From: Octopus sinensis | Taxonomy: Eukaryota | Length of the DNA: 64,000 nucleotides | Direction of reading: 5' to 3' | NCBI RefSeq assembly: GCF_006345805.1 | Contig: NC_042998.1 | Coordinates: 12,028,001 to 12,092,000 of the forward strand | Shown: positions 40,240 through 52,431 of the stretch, piece by piece | Position numbering within the stretch: the first letter of the stretch is position 1 | Layout: every line of letters starts with the position of its first letter | The notes under the pieces: generated by a model | Told to the model about the DNA's origin: nothing | Seen by the model: the letters and a program-made list of their open reading frames with translations, nothing else | Database searches by the model: none | Translations under genes and position numbers: made by a program

Positions 40240-40614
40240 CTAACGAATAAAACGCCCCCCGTCCAATGGACGGTGCTGAGTTGTCAAACATTTAAACCAA
40301 GTTTTCTCAAAACAACTTGTCCGACCGTCCCATAGACCTCCCTTTTGAGAAACACTGATTTAACCTAAATTTGAGACACCAGCAAAAGAAGAAATAAAGA
40401 TAGACTTTTTCTATTCCAAAGAAAAACGATTTCCCACGTCTTTATCGATCGCATACTTACCTGGAAACGATTTTTGTAATTTTTTCAAGACTTATAAACC
40501 TGATACCGTCGGTATCTACATATCAAATTTGAGCTCAATCGGATGGAGGATGCCCAAGATTCTAGAAGCCATACACACACACATAGACAGACGGAACGGA
40601 TTTTATATAAGAGA
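40240..40614 (-). mobile_element. Non-autonomous Helitron-like element (~375 bp)
   Basis: Minus strand 5' A|TCTCTTATATAAAA followed by (CTGT)/(TG) repeats. 3' GC-rich hairpin CCGTCC-ATT-GGACGG shortly before a TTAG end (CTRR variant). Confidence 0.65.
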
Positions 40615-41792
40615 TTAACATTAATAACGACTGATTTGATTAATGAGCCTCATTTGAAAATAAAAGAAAAGAAAGGCTAATAGGAAAAACAGAGCAGAAA
40701 CGCAATTTTCGAGGCGTAAAATAACTCATAAATAATGGAATTTAACAGCTTGTGTGTAATTGTGCAAAATACCAGTTTATGGAATTTCAAGGCAAGGTTA
40801 TGCATAATATTAATAGGAACGAACCACACACAGTAGTGTTAAAAAGGGAATGAAAAAATAAGGTATTTAAAATTTATACTTAGCTATATTTTTTACAAAT
40901 ATACTCTTGTACTTTGTTGTATTTTGAGAGGATTATAATGCCAATGACCCTTCCAAGATACATCAACTAATGTTTCAGTGCACATGTTCACGTCAAAAAT
41001 CTTCGAAATGAAGCACAACTACAAAATATTCTAACCTCTTACATTGTGACATTAGACATCCATCAGCATTTATAATTTTTTATTGTATATTTCCCATTTC
41101 AATTTATATATGCCACTCCGTCGGTTAATTCGATCATGTATTCAGAAAGCAGCGATGGCGATTCCATTATCACGTAAATAGAAATGAAGTAAAAGAAGGC
41201 AGAGAATAGAATAATACATTGTAAACGAATATAGATTCTATTTCACTGTCTGGAGGTTCGAGAGACCTTGAAAATTTTGCGGTTTTTTGTGCGCTCCTTA
41301 TATGTTAACATAGTATTCTTTAACATTTTTTTCAATTTCAACATACTTCTATCTAAAATAATTTGCCAAACAGGTATTCAAAATCCAAATATTTATAACA
41401 CACACATAAAGCATTCACACTCGCCCACACACATACTCATACATACACATATATTTACAAACACAAACAGATAGAAACACATAAACATACTTATATGTAT
41501 GCGTGGATTTATATATCTGTCTTGCTGTTTGTAAAAACCTATATTATGCGAATTAACAGTTTTGAATGTGAGAGTCAGTGACATCCGAAAATTGAATGAC
41601 TAATGGACATTCAGTAATTCAGTCCTCTTACATTCCCCAAATTCTCTGGCTTCTTGTCACATTTGTTTGTGACATGAGAATAGGTTGTTAATTCTATTCC
41701 TCAACCCTTCTCCAAGTTTTAGAGGTAGGGGTGAATATGAAAGGTCCACCAAGACACCCTCATAGTGAAGCACAGCTGAATCTGAGAGAAAG

Positions 41793-41796
<4 letters not shown>

Positions 41797-41850
<54 letters not shown>
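41797..41850. repeat. (AG)n microsatellite
   Basis: Visible directly. Confidence 0.95.
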
Positions 41851-41852
<2 letters not shown>

Positions 41853-43108
41853 ACCTTGTTATTTGACTGATGATTTATCAACAACATGGATATAAAACAA
41901 AGTTAGAATTGGCAGAATTTGAACAGTCATCACAAAGCGATTAATATTTATTTCAAAGCAGCATTATTTTGCTATTTATGTTCATATATCTAACGTTTCT
42001 AATTGCTGATAGATTTAAAAACCAGCAACGTACTGGCCTCAGATAACCCATCATGTTGAACAGAGTTGCGCATCAGACAAATTCCCTTAAGATATTTTTG
42101 CATTCTTTCATTTTCATCTATCGTAGCATTAATTATTCACGTCCTTTTACCGTTAATCCTTCTAACATTAAGAAGGATCAATAATATAATTAAATTTAGT
42201 TTAATCAATTATGCAAATTTCTGGTTTGAGGCAAATTCAGAAATATTTCTTTCGCATAATGTGTGCATCTGATTGTGATAGGTTTAGAATTTTAATTTTG
42301 CTTGTATGCTTGGTAGGTTTAGTTTTAGATATTTTAGCTTTAATTCCCAAGTATAAAGAAAGTAAACAACAACAAAAATAAAAGGATAAGTGACCGGTAA
42401 TTTCCCCTCTTTGCCTCTTCGTTTCCTGTATATTTTCTGCTGTCAAAAAGAAACAAAAGGTAAAAGATTCTCTGACCTACTATAAATAACCAAATTTCTT
42501 AAAGTCACATGCTACCTACTTGCAAGAAGGAGGACAAATATAGTCGTGAATATAGGAATCTACTGCATGGTTATGAATGAGATTCTTTAGTTCATAAGTT
42601 TCTTTCGTATAAAATAAGTTGACTTAATACTAAAGAATAATGCATATAATCACGAGTATTACAGAATGAGTAGATATAAAATTATAGGATAATGAATATA
42701 AATGATTACCTCGTTAAAGAAATGATAGTGGTAACAGATAAAGAAAATAATTCATTACGTTTATGTTAGCCATGTTTAAAAGTACTAGTTGTGTATTTAT
42801 TTAGATATCTATAGAAATATACAAATTTTATGCGTGCAAGCTACAAAAGAGACAACTGTTGCGACCTTGCATATATTCATAGATAGGAACGAGCAGTAAG
42901 TTAATTGAAGTCATACAAACAAGACAAAGCGGAAACGCTTAGCTTCTCTGAGTTTCGAAACATCTATAATTACTATCTCGACGATTATTAATACTGAAAT
43001 CACTTCCCATAAAGCGATGGTAGTTTGCAAAAATCGATTATTTAGACCCCATAATTTACTTGTGTTTACTTCTCAGGAATAATATTTTCATGGAAAGATT
43101 CTATGTAT

Positions 43109-43195
43109 AACGTAAAGTATACTAGCTATCTCAATATGGCTAACCACTAAGGGTGGGTGTTTAGCCATATTAAGATGGCTAGTATACTTTACGTT
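43109..43195. other. 87-nt hairpin with 35-bp stem, pri-miRNA-like
   Basis: 43109-43143 pairs with 43161-43195 (one U:G, one C-A). The 17-nt apical region can form CCAC/GTGG. Confidence 0.9.
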
Positions 43196-44696
43196 GTCGA
43201 GCAGTTACTGTTTACATCTCGTTCAGAGATTTATTATTGCATTCTATGTATAGTTTTCATCATATAGTTATATTGTGTAACCTTTATTGTATCGATAAAT
43301 TTTGATTTAACGAAAGATATGTTCTAGTATTTTGGTATGACGTTATTATGTCACAGATTCCTGATTTCTCGTACTAAAGTGATTTCATCTCGTCTGGCAT
43401 ATATTTGATAGACGATTGTGTATTGTTTCCGGCTACATGATTTGAACTCTGAATGTAGGCAAAATACACTAAAATTAACTAATATTTATTCTTCTCCTTT
43501 ATATTTTCTCTTGGTTGTTGGCGAGAAGACAAAACATAACAATTATATTTCTTATATATCTTCATGGCGTTCACAAGCTATTTTTAATAAATCTGATAAT
43601 AATTTCGTTAGATCATTATAAACAATATGTGAAACCGAGAAATGAATTTTAAAACAAGCTTCCCCTGTAGCTTGAAAGAAAATAGAAAATCTGCTAAAAA
43701 ATAATCTGTGTGAAAATCGTGTCAGATATTATAAGCAAGTAATTTATTATAATAATGAACTTGTTTGTAAGTTTGTCCAAAATCACACAATAAGGGAGTA
43801 GCAGTGTAAGAGTAAAAAGAAAGAGAAGAGACAAAATGGTAAAAGCAATGAGAGAGGGATGGTATAAAACAGCGCCTCTCTCTCTCTCTCTCTCTCAACA
43901 AAAATCTTTTCATTTAATTGAAGAACGCTGCCGCTCTCTCTTTCTCTCGCTCTCTCTGTCTATCAACCTACAGACGCACACACACTCTCTCTCTTACTTT
44001 ATCTCTTTCACTAACTCTCTCTCTCTCTCTCTCTGTCTCCAACAACATTTTAATTTATTTTTTTTGGTAAACACTGATTTTTTTTCTGGTAAACATTAAT
44101 AACAATATAGAAGATAAGTAAATATAATTTTTGCACCTCAAAATTATTTTTTCTGTATCTCTATGTAACTTTGACTGTTCTGGAAGATTTTTCTGCTTAA
44201 AAAGTCGAAATGTTAATAAAATTTAAGATAAGCAAATTAGTAGCATTTTTAAGTCATAAAATTGAAATATTGTCTATTAAAAGAAAGCTTGATACTATTG
44301 TCTGTTTAAAGAAAGCGAAATATGAAAGGAAGGTAATTGTAAATATTTACAAATACTTGTCGGTACAGTGATGTTTGTAAATATTTATGAATGAAGAATT
44401 TTGCCAAAGCGATGAAATTTGTTTTCAAGATCTTTTTTTCCATTTTAGGCGGTAAAGCGAGTGACAGAGAGAGAGAGAAAGAGAGACAGAGACAGAGAGA
44501 GAACGTGTAAATGTTACTGGAGAAAAATAAATGTCTGTGTGTATGCCGTTAATATAATCCTCTGTAATTTTGAACCTTGTATGGTTATGTATAGAAATAT
44601 AAACAAACTAACATAGGTACACAGGCACACACAAATATATACTCGTTTGTTTTGAAGCTTGTGTTCCGTTATATTAAATATACTCATCCACCTGGT

Positions 44697-44728
44697 ATGG
44701 ATAATGAATCAGACAAAAGGCGACGGTT

Positions 44729-44769
<41 letters not shown>

Positions 44770-45125
44770 AAAGGCAAAGAATAGCCAGTCTCACACAAGA
44801 AGAACTGGACACAAGAAGGTTAAACAACACATTGACGTTATTAAATCAATCACTAGAAGTGAGACAAGAGAGACGAGCGCAAGACGTAAGAAAACAGAAT
44901 CGTCAAAATGAAAAGGAGCACCTAATTGCACAAAGGAGAGATATCCAAAGTGAGAGAGAGAGAGAGAGAGAGTCACACAAAAGCGCCAAGATGATAAGAA
45001 GAGCAAGCAGCTGTGAAGACAGAAGGAGAGCGTCGCAAAGGCGACAAGATGAAACGGAAGTGGAAACAACACAAAGGAGAGAAATCGAAAGAGAGAGAAC
45101 ATCGTGGAGAAAAAGGGAAGAATGA
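44697..45125 (+). CDS. 142-aa Arg/Glu-rich ORF with ~20-23-aa degenerate repeats (STPR-like; possible Helitron Rep/Hel N-terminal relic)
   Basis: MDNESDKRRRL...SLTQEELDTRRL...SLEVRQERRAQ...DETEVETTQRREIERERTSWRKREE*. Partly encoded by (GA)n tracts. No Rep or helicase sequence follows. Confidence 0.35.
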
Positions 45126-45257
45126 ATTAAATCAAGAATTAATCAAATCAAGGCGAAATCATTGATGGTAGGGTCTTCACTAGAAACATGGTGCTGAAGC
45201 AATTACTGAGATAATGGTTGAAATACAGGTCTGTATCTCAGAGATAAGGAATTGTGT

Positions 45258-45410
45258 ACATTATTTACATTATTTGCATTTGACGGATATTTGTCCTCAT
45301 CATGTTTGTTGTTAACACAACGCTTCGGCTGATATACTTTCCAGCCTTCATCAGGTGTCTTGGGGAAATTTCGAACCTGTGTTCTCATTCCTAAGGTATT
45401 TTTCGATGTT
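45258..45410 (-). mobile_element. Short microsatellite-adjacent element, Penelope-like pLTR type (family 1, copy 2)
   Basis: Paralogue of 25749-25887, followed on the plus strand by (ATT)n. Confidence 0.6.
45314..45359 (-). ncRNA. Minimal type I hammerhead ribozyme motif (A15.1G variant, probably inactive)
   Basis: RNA: GACAC CUGAUGA A GGCUG GAAAGUAUAU CAGCC GAA GCGU U GUGUU. Confidence 0.65.
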
Positions 45411-45416
45411 ATTACA

Positions 45417-45475
<59 letters not shown>

Positions 45476-46542
45476 GTTATTGTTATTGTTATTATTATTA
45501 CTGAGTGAGAGAGCAGCGCATGCCATCAAAGTGACACTGGGGAAAATATACGAAGCCCAGTATACCAATCATGACTACCCGTCTGATAAGGGTGCACCAC
45601 GCACATGCATCATAACCATATGCGCGCGACATGATTTCATATTAAGATAAACAGCACATGACCTTGCAAGTGGGGCTCAGTTAGAATTTTCTTCAGGTCG
45701 AGTAGCCCATCCTGCTCAAAAGGTCTCTGAATAAGGGTTGTTTAAGGGTGTTTATTATTATTATTATTATTCAGGTCACTGCCTGGAATCGAACTCAGAA
45801 TCTTGGGATTCGGCGCTTTTATTACCATAGCCCAGCTACATTAAAAAGTTCATTCATATTACCTATCCTGTATTTCGGCTGATTACCGTTATTCAATATT
45901 TGCACTTTTAAAAGACATTATGAAGTTGAAAAAACAAAAAGCCTTCTCGGGGCATCATTTACTGATATTTTACACATCCTGATGGAGAGTTTATTCCTAT
46001 TCCTATATACATACATATATACATAAATGTGTCTGTGAGTATGTATGCACACATGTGTGAAACTTCGCAATAAATACAAACGTCTAAGGTTTTCGTTCGT
46101 GAAAATATATGCTATCACCTAACTACTAGCTTATCGATCCCGGGGTAGTGAATATTAGAATGATCTTCGTATACTCGTTAGTGCTGGAAATGATTAAGTT
46201 CAAACGTAACTCATACAAATCTTGGGTCTGTTTCAACAGAAATACCTTAACATATCGCGTGAAATTTGAACTGCTGGATGGAAAATTTTAATGAAATTTT
46301 GCGAGGTGATGCCTTTTGACAGCACTGTTTTTTCACTTATGAGTTTTTAATTGACCACGAATCACCAATGAAACAAAAGTCTTTGGTTTTGCTTAAAGGT
46401 AATAAACATATCTTCACATTACTCTGGTGTGTAATTTTAACATGTAACTGAATGCCTTATTTATTTAAATAGACATAGTACTAAAGTTCGCAGGAGAAAG
46501 CCTACAATCATTTCAGTTGGTGCTATTATTGTACCGGATCAT

Positions 46543-46912
46543 AAGGCGGCGAGCTGGCAGAAACGTTAGCACGCCGGGCGAAATTCTGAGTTCAAATTCC
46601 GCCGAGGTCTACTTTGCCTTTCATCCTTTCTGGGTCAGTAAATTAAGTACCAGTTACGCACTAGGGTCGATGTAATCGACTTGATCCGTTTGTCTGTCTT
46701 TGTTTGTTCCCCCTGTGTTTAGCCACTTGTGGGTAGTAAAGAAATAGGTATTTCGTCTGTCATTATGTTCTGAGTTCAAATTCCGCAGAGGTCGATTTTG
46801 CCTTTCATCCTTCCGGGGTCGATAAATTAAGTAACATTTGCGTCCTGGGGTCAATCTAATCGACTGGCCTCCTCCCCCAAAAATTTCGAGCCATTTGCCT
46901 AGAGTACAAAAG
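46543..46912 (+). mobile_element. Two-unit SINE (11217 family) with degenerate 18-bp TSD
   Basis: TSD ATTATTGTACCGGATCAT (46525-46542) / ATTATTCTACCGGCTCAT (46913-46930). Confidence 0.88.
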
Positions 46913-47305
46913 ATTATTCTACCGGCTCATGCATTAGTTATGAAAGTCGAAGGACGAAATTATGTGATTAAAATTTTGGCTAAGCGATCTACTATTTCTT
47001 CTTAGTGCACAACTCTAAATCAATCAGCTACTTTGCTTTTCGATATTCGTACATTGTTTTCTAACATGATGTTTAACCATTCCTGCTATTGAAAACTGGT
47101 GACTAAAACAAGAATAGGCGAAAATTCTATTTAGTATTAGTATAAAAAAGATTTATGTATATTCATAGCTATTCATATCATCCTTCAAATACTGAAATCA
47201 GATTAAGAAATTTTAGATTAAACAAATTTCTGTTTTTTTTAATTCTTCATTCATCAATAATAATGCAAGAATTTATTACATTATCCAGTTTGATATTCAC
47301 CCACA

Positions 47306-47464
47306 CAAATTCCGCCGAGGTTGACTTTGCCTTTCATCCTTTCTGGGTCGATAAATTAAGTACCAGTTACGCACTGGGAGTCGATATAATCGACTTAATC
47401 TGTCTTTCTGTCCTTGTTTGTCCTCTCTGTGCTTAGCCCCTTGTAGGTAGTAAAGAAATAGGTA
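47306..47464 (+). mobile_element. 5'-truncated SINE (11217 family)
   Basis: CAAATTCCGCCGAGG...GTCGATAAATTAAGTACCAG...GTAGTAAAGAAATAGG. Confidence 0.85.
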
Positions 47465-48235
47465 AGATGCTAACCAATGTTCTAGACAGTTACTATCAAA
47501 TGTACATATGAATTTCCTGCGAAACTCAAGAAATACTTACGAAACAAAACGAAATTGTAAAGACTTCAAGCTTCCAATGGAATTTTGATTTTCGGGAAGA
47601 GCTATTTGATGACATAGATGAGATGCAGATGAGCAGTGAAGAAGTAGATAAACCAGTGTACTTCTAAAAAAATTCTTAAAGCGAATTCGAGTGCAAATGG
47701 ACCGCATGTTGAATAAGTTCTTTTGTAAAGAGGAATAGTTATTTTACGGAGATGTACTCGCATAGCAGCACGGATATTTGTCAGTGAACAGGTCGCGGAC
47801 TTTAGCGACGAAAATATTTCGACAATTTAAACTTAAATGTTGAAGTGAATCGAACGGGTTTTGTGTGTTTCTTAAATGGCTTATAAACACCTTCCACGCT
47901 GCAATTGTAATAGTTATTTTATCATCATGTAAATTGGAACGAATTGTTTCATAAAAGCTCTGTCCAGTGTTGCGTAACTTTCGAAAAGAACAAGTGTATA
48001 TTGAGATGGACAAATTTAGCCTTCGTTCTGCAAGACTCGGGATGTAATATCGTATGTTGAAAGAGATGTAGGAAACTAACACATAAGTGGGTGTCTCATT
48101 CGCAAAAGTCCTCACGCGATTCAGCAACATATATACTCACACTCAAACACGGCGCCCCCACCACTGCAAGAGAAAATATACATTCATACACATACACAGA
48201 CATGTATATATATATATATATATATGAGTAAATAG

Positions 48236-48324
48236 GAGAGAGTTAACGTTAAGTGGTTAACTCTAGTGCTAGAAATAGCTCCCTATTCTATTTCTAGAGT
48301 TAACCACTTAACGTTAACTCTCTC
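48236..48324. repeat. Inverted repeat: 31 perfect bp + 6-nt bulge + 6 bp, 9-nt loop
   Basis: GAGAGAGTTAACGTTAAGTGGTTAACTCTAG and its reverse complement. Pairing extends imperfectly to 48228/48332. Confidence 0.92.
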
Positions 48325-48580
48325 ATATTTACGTATAAATTTGTACTGTCTCCCTGGTTTTTATGTGCTAGGTCACTTGGTGTTAAATTGACTGTATTAT
48401 TAAATTAATATCTAATTTTTCACCCTCATTTATGAAGATATATATATATATATATATACAAATATACATACACACACACACACAAGCACACACTCATACA
48501 TATTATTACATTTGGAGATGATAATGGTATAGACATATATACATACATATATACACATACATACATATATATGTATATAT

Positions 48581-48630
<50 letters not shown>

Positions 48631-48751
48631 TCTGTGTGTGTGTGTGTGTGTGTGTGTGTGCATGTATGCATGTATAAACATGCTAAAATATTAAACTTCC
48701 TCGATTTGTTAGTACAGAATACAAAGATTTTAAAAACTATAGGTAAAGTCC

Positions 48752-48876
48752 TACTTCGTTACAAATGCCGTGTGTTGATTTTGCTATCTATCTTTTCCGG
48801 GGTCCGATGCAACGTTTGCATCGGACCCCGGAAAAGATAGATAGCAAAATCAACACACGGCATTTGTAACGAAGTA
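48752..48876. repeat. Perfect palindrome, 61-bp arms, 3-nt spacer (CGT)
   Basis: 48752-48812 is the exact reverse complement of 48816-48876. Confidence 0.97.
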
Positions 48877-49289
48877 TGTATGTATATCAGAACAGGACTG
48901 AGATCGATCTTTCACTTGTCTTGCCAATATTTGTCAAAAGAAAAAAAAGGAAAGAAAATCGTCTGTGGTCAAACTGAATACGATGATCTCCGCTTGAAAT
49001 AATGTACAAGACTCACTCTATGTCCCAGCGGTGCTTCAAGAAGCCTACGAAAGACAAGGAAATGCATATTATGCTGCTTCGGGTATATTTCATATTTATA
49101 TATAGAGAGCAACTCTCTAGAATCAGGTGTACAGGAAATTTGGGAAATTTCAATTAAACGAGATTTCATTCAATGTTTATCTCGAGTGATTTTACTGCTG
49201 GTTTTCCATCAGATGAAGAAGCTTCAAGTTTCATGTTCACGCTCGCGCGATCTGCAGAAATGCGTTTTCCCTCCCGTATTGCAATATAC

Positions 49290-49592
49290 AAACATACATA
49301 CATACACACATACATACATACATACATACATACACACACATACATACATATATACATACATACATACATACATACATACACACATACATACATACAACAT
49401 ACATACATACATACATACATATATACATACATACATAAATACATATATACATACATACACACATACATACATACATATATATATACACACACACACATAT
49501 ATATATGTATGTATATATTATATATATATATGTGTGTGTATATATATACACATGGATTTGTTTATATATATATATATGTATACATAGATTTA

Positions 49593-49627
<35 letters not shown>
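49290..49627. repeat. (TACA)n/(TA)n compound microsatellite
   Basis: Visible directly. Confidence 0.9.
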
Positions 49628-49632
<5 letters not shown>

Positions 49633-49776
49633 TTGAAGTAGATAAATGAATTATCTTATTACGGATAATTCAAATGATAACCGATACCTGGGTAGCAAAA
49701 ATCACACAGAAAAAGCACGGTGAGGTTACGACCATGGGGCCTAAACTCCGTGCCTTAGTGCGGAAATTTGAAGTTT

Positions 49777-50233
49777 TATATATTTAGTGTATGAAGAAAT
49801 GGAGCTGAACGAAGATTTAACAAAATTCCTTTTTATTATTTGCTACATATGTTTCAAAGGCTGCAAAGTCCCTAATTCGGATTGAATAAGGAGTCCATTT
49901 TGCAGCCTTCTCTTCAGGAAAATCCAGGAACTTAATTCTCCAACAAAATGCACAGCAAGCTTTTCGACAAACGCTCACGAGGAGCCCATGGAATAAATGG
50001 AATAAATGGCCATTTATTCCATGGGCTCCTCGTGAGCGTTTGTCGAAAAGCTTGCTGTGCATTTTGTTGGAGAATTAAGTTCCTGGATTTTCCTGAAGAG
50101 AAGGCTGCAAAATGGACTCCTTATTCAATCCGAATTAGGGACTTTGCAGCCTTTGAAACATATGTAGAAAATAATAAAAAGGAATTTTGTTAAATCTTCG
50201 TTCAGCTCCATTTTTTCATACACTAAATATATA
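49777..50233. repeat. 457-bp palindrome, 224-bp arms, 9-nt spacer
   Basis: 49777-50000 vs 50010-50233 with two mismatches seen. The spacer AATAAATGG duplicates the last 9 nt of the left arm. Explains the mirror ORFs 49817..50062(-) and 49948..50193(+). Confidence 0.97.
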
Positions 50234-50331
50234 TATATATTAGTTGTAGTAATAATATGACTACCAAAGAATGAATGAAACCTCAATATTATGTAAAATT
50301 GAGGAATTTATCTATAAATATATCTGACAAT

Positions 50332-50356
50332 TAGTTGGTTGTCATATATGATATAT

Positions 50357-50402
<46 letters not shown>

Positions 50403-50467
50403 GTATATATATATGTATATATATATATATATAATATATATATATAATCATATTTGACAACCAACTA

Positions 50468-50510
<43 letters not shown>

Positions 50511-50530
50511 TATTTGACAACAACTATGAA
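50332..50530. repeat. 21-bp inverted repeat around (TA)n, plus a third direct copy
   Basis: TAGTTGGTTGTCATATATGAT (50332-50352) vs 50447-50467 (1 mismatch). Direct copy at ~50507-50530. Confidence 0.85.
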
Positions 50531-50589
50531 TATATATATATATTCATATAAATACATATGCCTGTATATGTGTGTACGTGCGTGTGGTA

Positions 50590-50871
50590 CTTCGTCGGTC
50601 ACTACGACGAGGATTGATCAAGCCTGCACTGAAATTAACGCGCAGGTTGGTGAGCATTCCGCATACACGTACACGTGTACCCTCAATGCAGGTCTGATGA
50701 AGATTCAGCGGGACATAGAATGTGACAAGGCTAGCCCTTTCAAATACAATTAATGCAAATTTTTGCTAGCTGAGTGGATTGGAGAAAGGTGAAATTAAGT
50801 ATCTTTCTGAAGGACACTACGTGTCGCCGGGAATGGAAGTCACGACTAACCCTAACCACTAAGCCATACGC
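50590..50871 (-). mobile_element. Diverged SINE of the 17365 family
   Basis: rc GCGTATGGCTTAGTGGTTAGGG head; body collinear with 17365-17695. Confidence 0.85.
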
Positions 50872-50900
50872 TTTCAGTATACGTATATATACATATACAG

Positions 50901-50959
<59 letters not shown>

Positions 50960-51364
50960 CATTCATGTATGTTTGTATTATGTATGTCTAGTTATATATA
51001 TTATATATAAGCTAAGAGATTTGAAATTAACATCTATGTAATCGGTGAAGCTAAGCACGTGTCTGTTTTTATACGGAATACTGATGGTTAAATTTACAAA
51101 TTGCATTACCTATAGAACGACCACACTGACGAGCCTACGGGCAATGGATTACATAAGTGATTCATTCGTTAATAGGCCAAGCCGCCGGTCTGTGAGTAAT
51201 TCTGGTTTTTTATATAATTTTCATCTGTCTTACCCGCATTTCGTTCTGGTGTCCGCTGAATTTTCCTCTAGGGAACGTTCCTTTCTTTGTAGTTTGATCG
51301 TAGGTGATCCTCTTCTAGCGTACGGCCGACCACCTAGTGGTTTTGCTCTTCAAATATACACATG

Positions 51365-51421
<57 letters not shown>

Positions 51422-51445
51422 GGTATGGAGATGATGTACAGGTAT

Positions 51446-51568
51446 TATATATTAGAAGAAATAAGGAACTCAGAAATCTGGATGGTTTTATATTTACAGA
51501 TATTAAATAAATATGTGTAAATATAAAACCATCCAGATTTCTGAATAACTTATTTCTTCTAATATATA
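51446..51568. repeat. Hairpin, 59-bp stem with 4 mismatches, 5-nt loop
   Basis: TATATATTAGAAGAAATAAG...CAGAAATCTGGATGGTTTTATATTTACA and its reverse complement. Confidence 0.92.
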
Positions 51569-51751
51569 TATATATATATATATCAATTTCTATGCATACA
51601 TAATTTACGAATCTGTTACGCTTAGTATTTAACTTGGATACGGGTAGCAGTGTGCCATGTTCTCTGTATGCTTTGGTGAAGTACATATTGCTTTCCGGAT
51701 GCGTAACTGATTATTTAGACACAAGTTTACGCACGCACACCAGCTGGCGCA

Positions 51752-51806
<55 letters not shown>

Positions 51807-52431
51807 TTATACATATATATCCGTGTGTCTTTATGTATACATACAAGTAGAGAGTGAGAGAAAGAGCGAGAAATATAGATAGATAGATAGATAGAGAGAG
51901 CGATAGAGAGAGAGAGAGATAAAGACACAAAGACAGACAGACAAGAGACACACATACACTTACACACAGAAAGAGGGAGACTGAAGGAGGGGGAGAGAAT
52001 TATGAAGGTAATAAAGACACGAGTAATGGAAATAATCTTCAGATAAGTCCCATTGAAGTTCTGTACCAGAATTTATATGCAAATTGTTTATGTAGAATAG
52101 AATAAGGGAATTATGGATGTAATATCCAAAGAAAACATTTGTTTATCAACTTCTTTTCCTTTTACCTGTTTGTCGATCTATAAACATTAGTAAAATCTGT
52201 TTACTCCATTTTCCCGTAATATTAATGTATATATTTGACCATATAAATGAGATTTTCTGTTGGATTAAATGACTCGCAAAAAAAAAAAACATGTTTATTA
52301 TGTGCAGATGTGAATATATACACAAAGGACTGTTGCATGTGCAAATATTTCCCTACTTTTCCTTCTTCCGCTTTTTCTTTCGAACACATACATGCATACG
52401 TACACAAACACACACACACTCGCACCATATA

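Noticed and set aside
47512-47667. Short frame containing WNFDF (CDK-inhibitor-like motif)
   Set aside because: In-frame stop just upstream, no acceptor site, and the rest of the CDI motif is absent.
47744-48130. 128-aa minus-strand ORF
   Set aside because: No motif and no splice or homology support.
49817-50193. Two mirror-image 81-aa ORFs
   Set aside because: A by-product of the 457-bp palindrome, with no recognisable protein motif.
50846-50858. CTAACCCTAACC telomere-like repeat
   Set aside because: Only about two units, inside a diverged SINE head.
51126-51145. CTGACGA-GCC-TACG-GGC hammerhead half-core, and related GATCCTCTTC motifs near 51305 and 37519
   Set aside because: The GAAA half of the core is missing or broken, so these are at most decayed relics.
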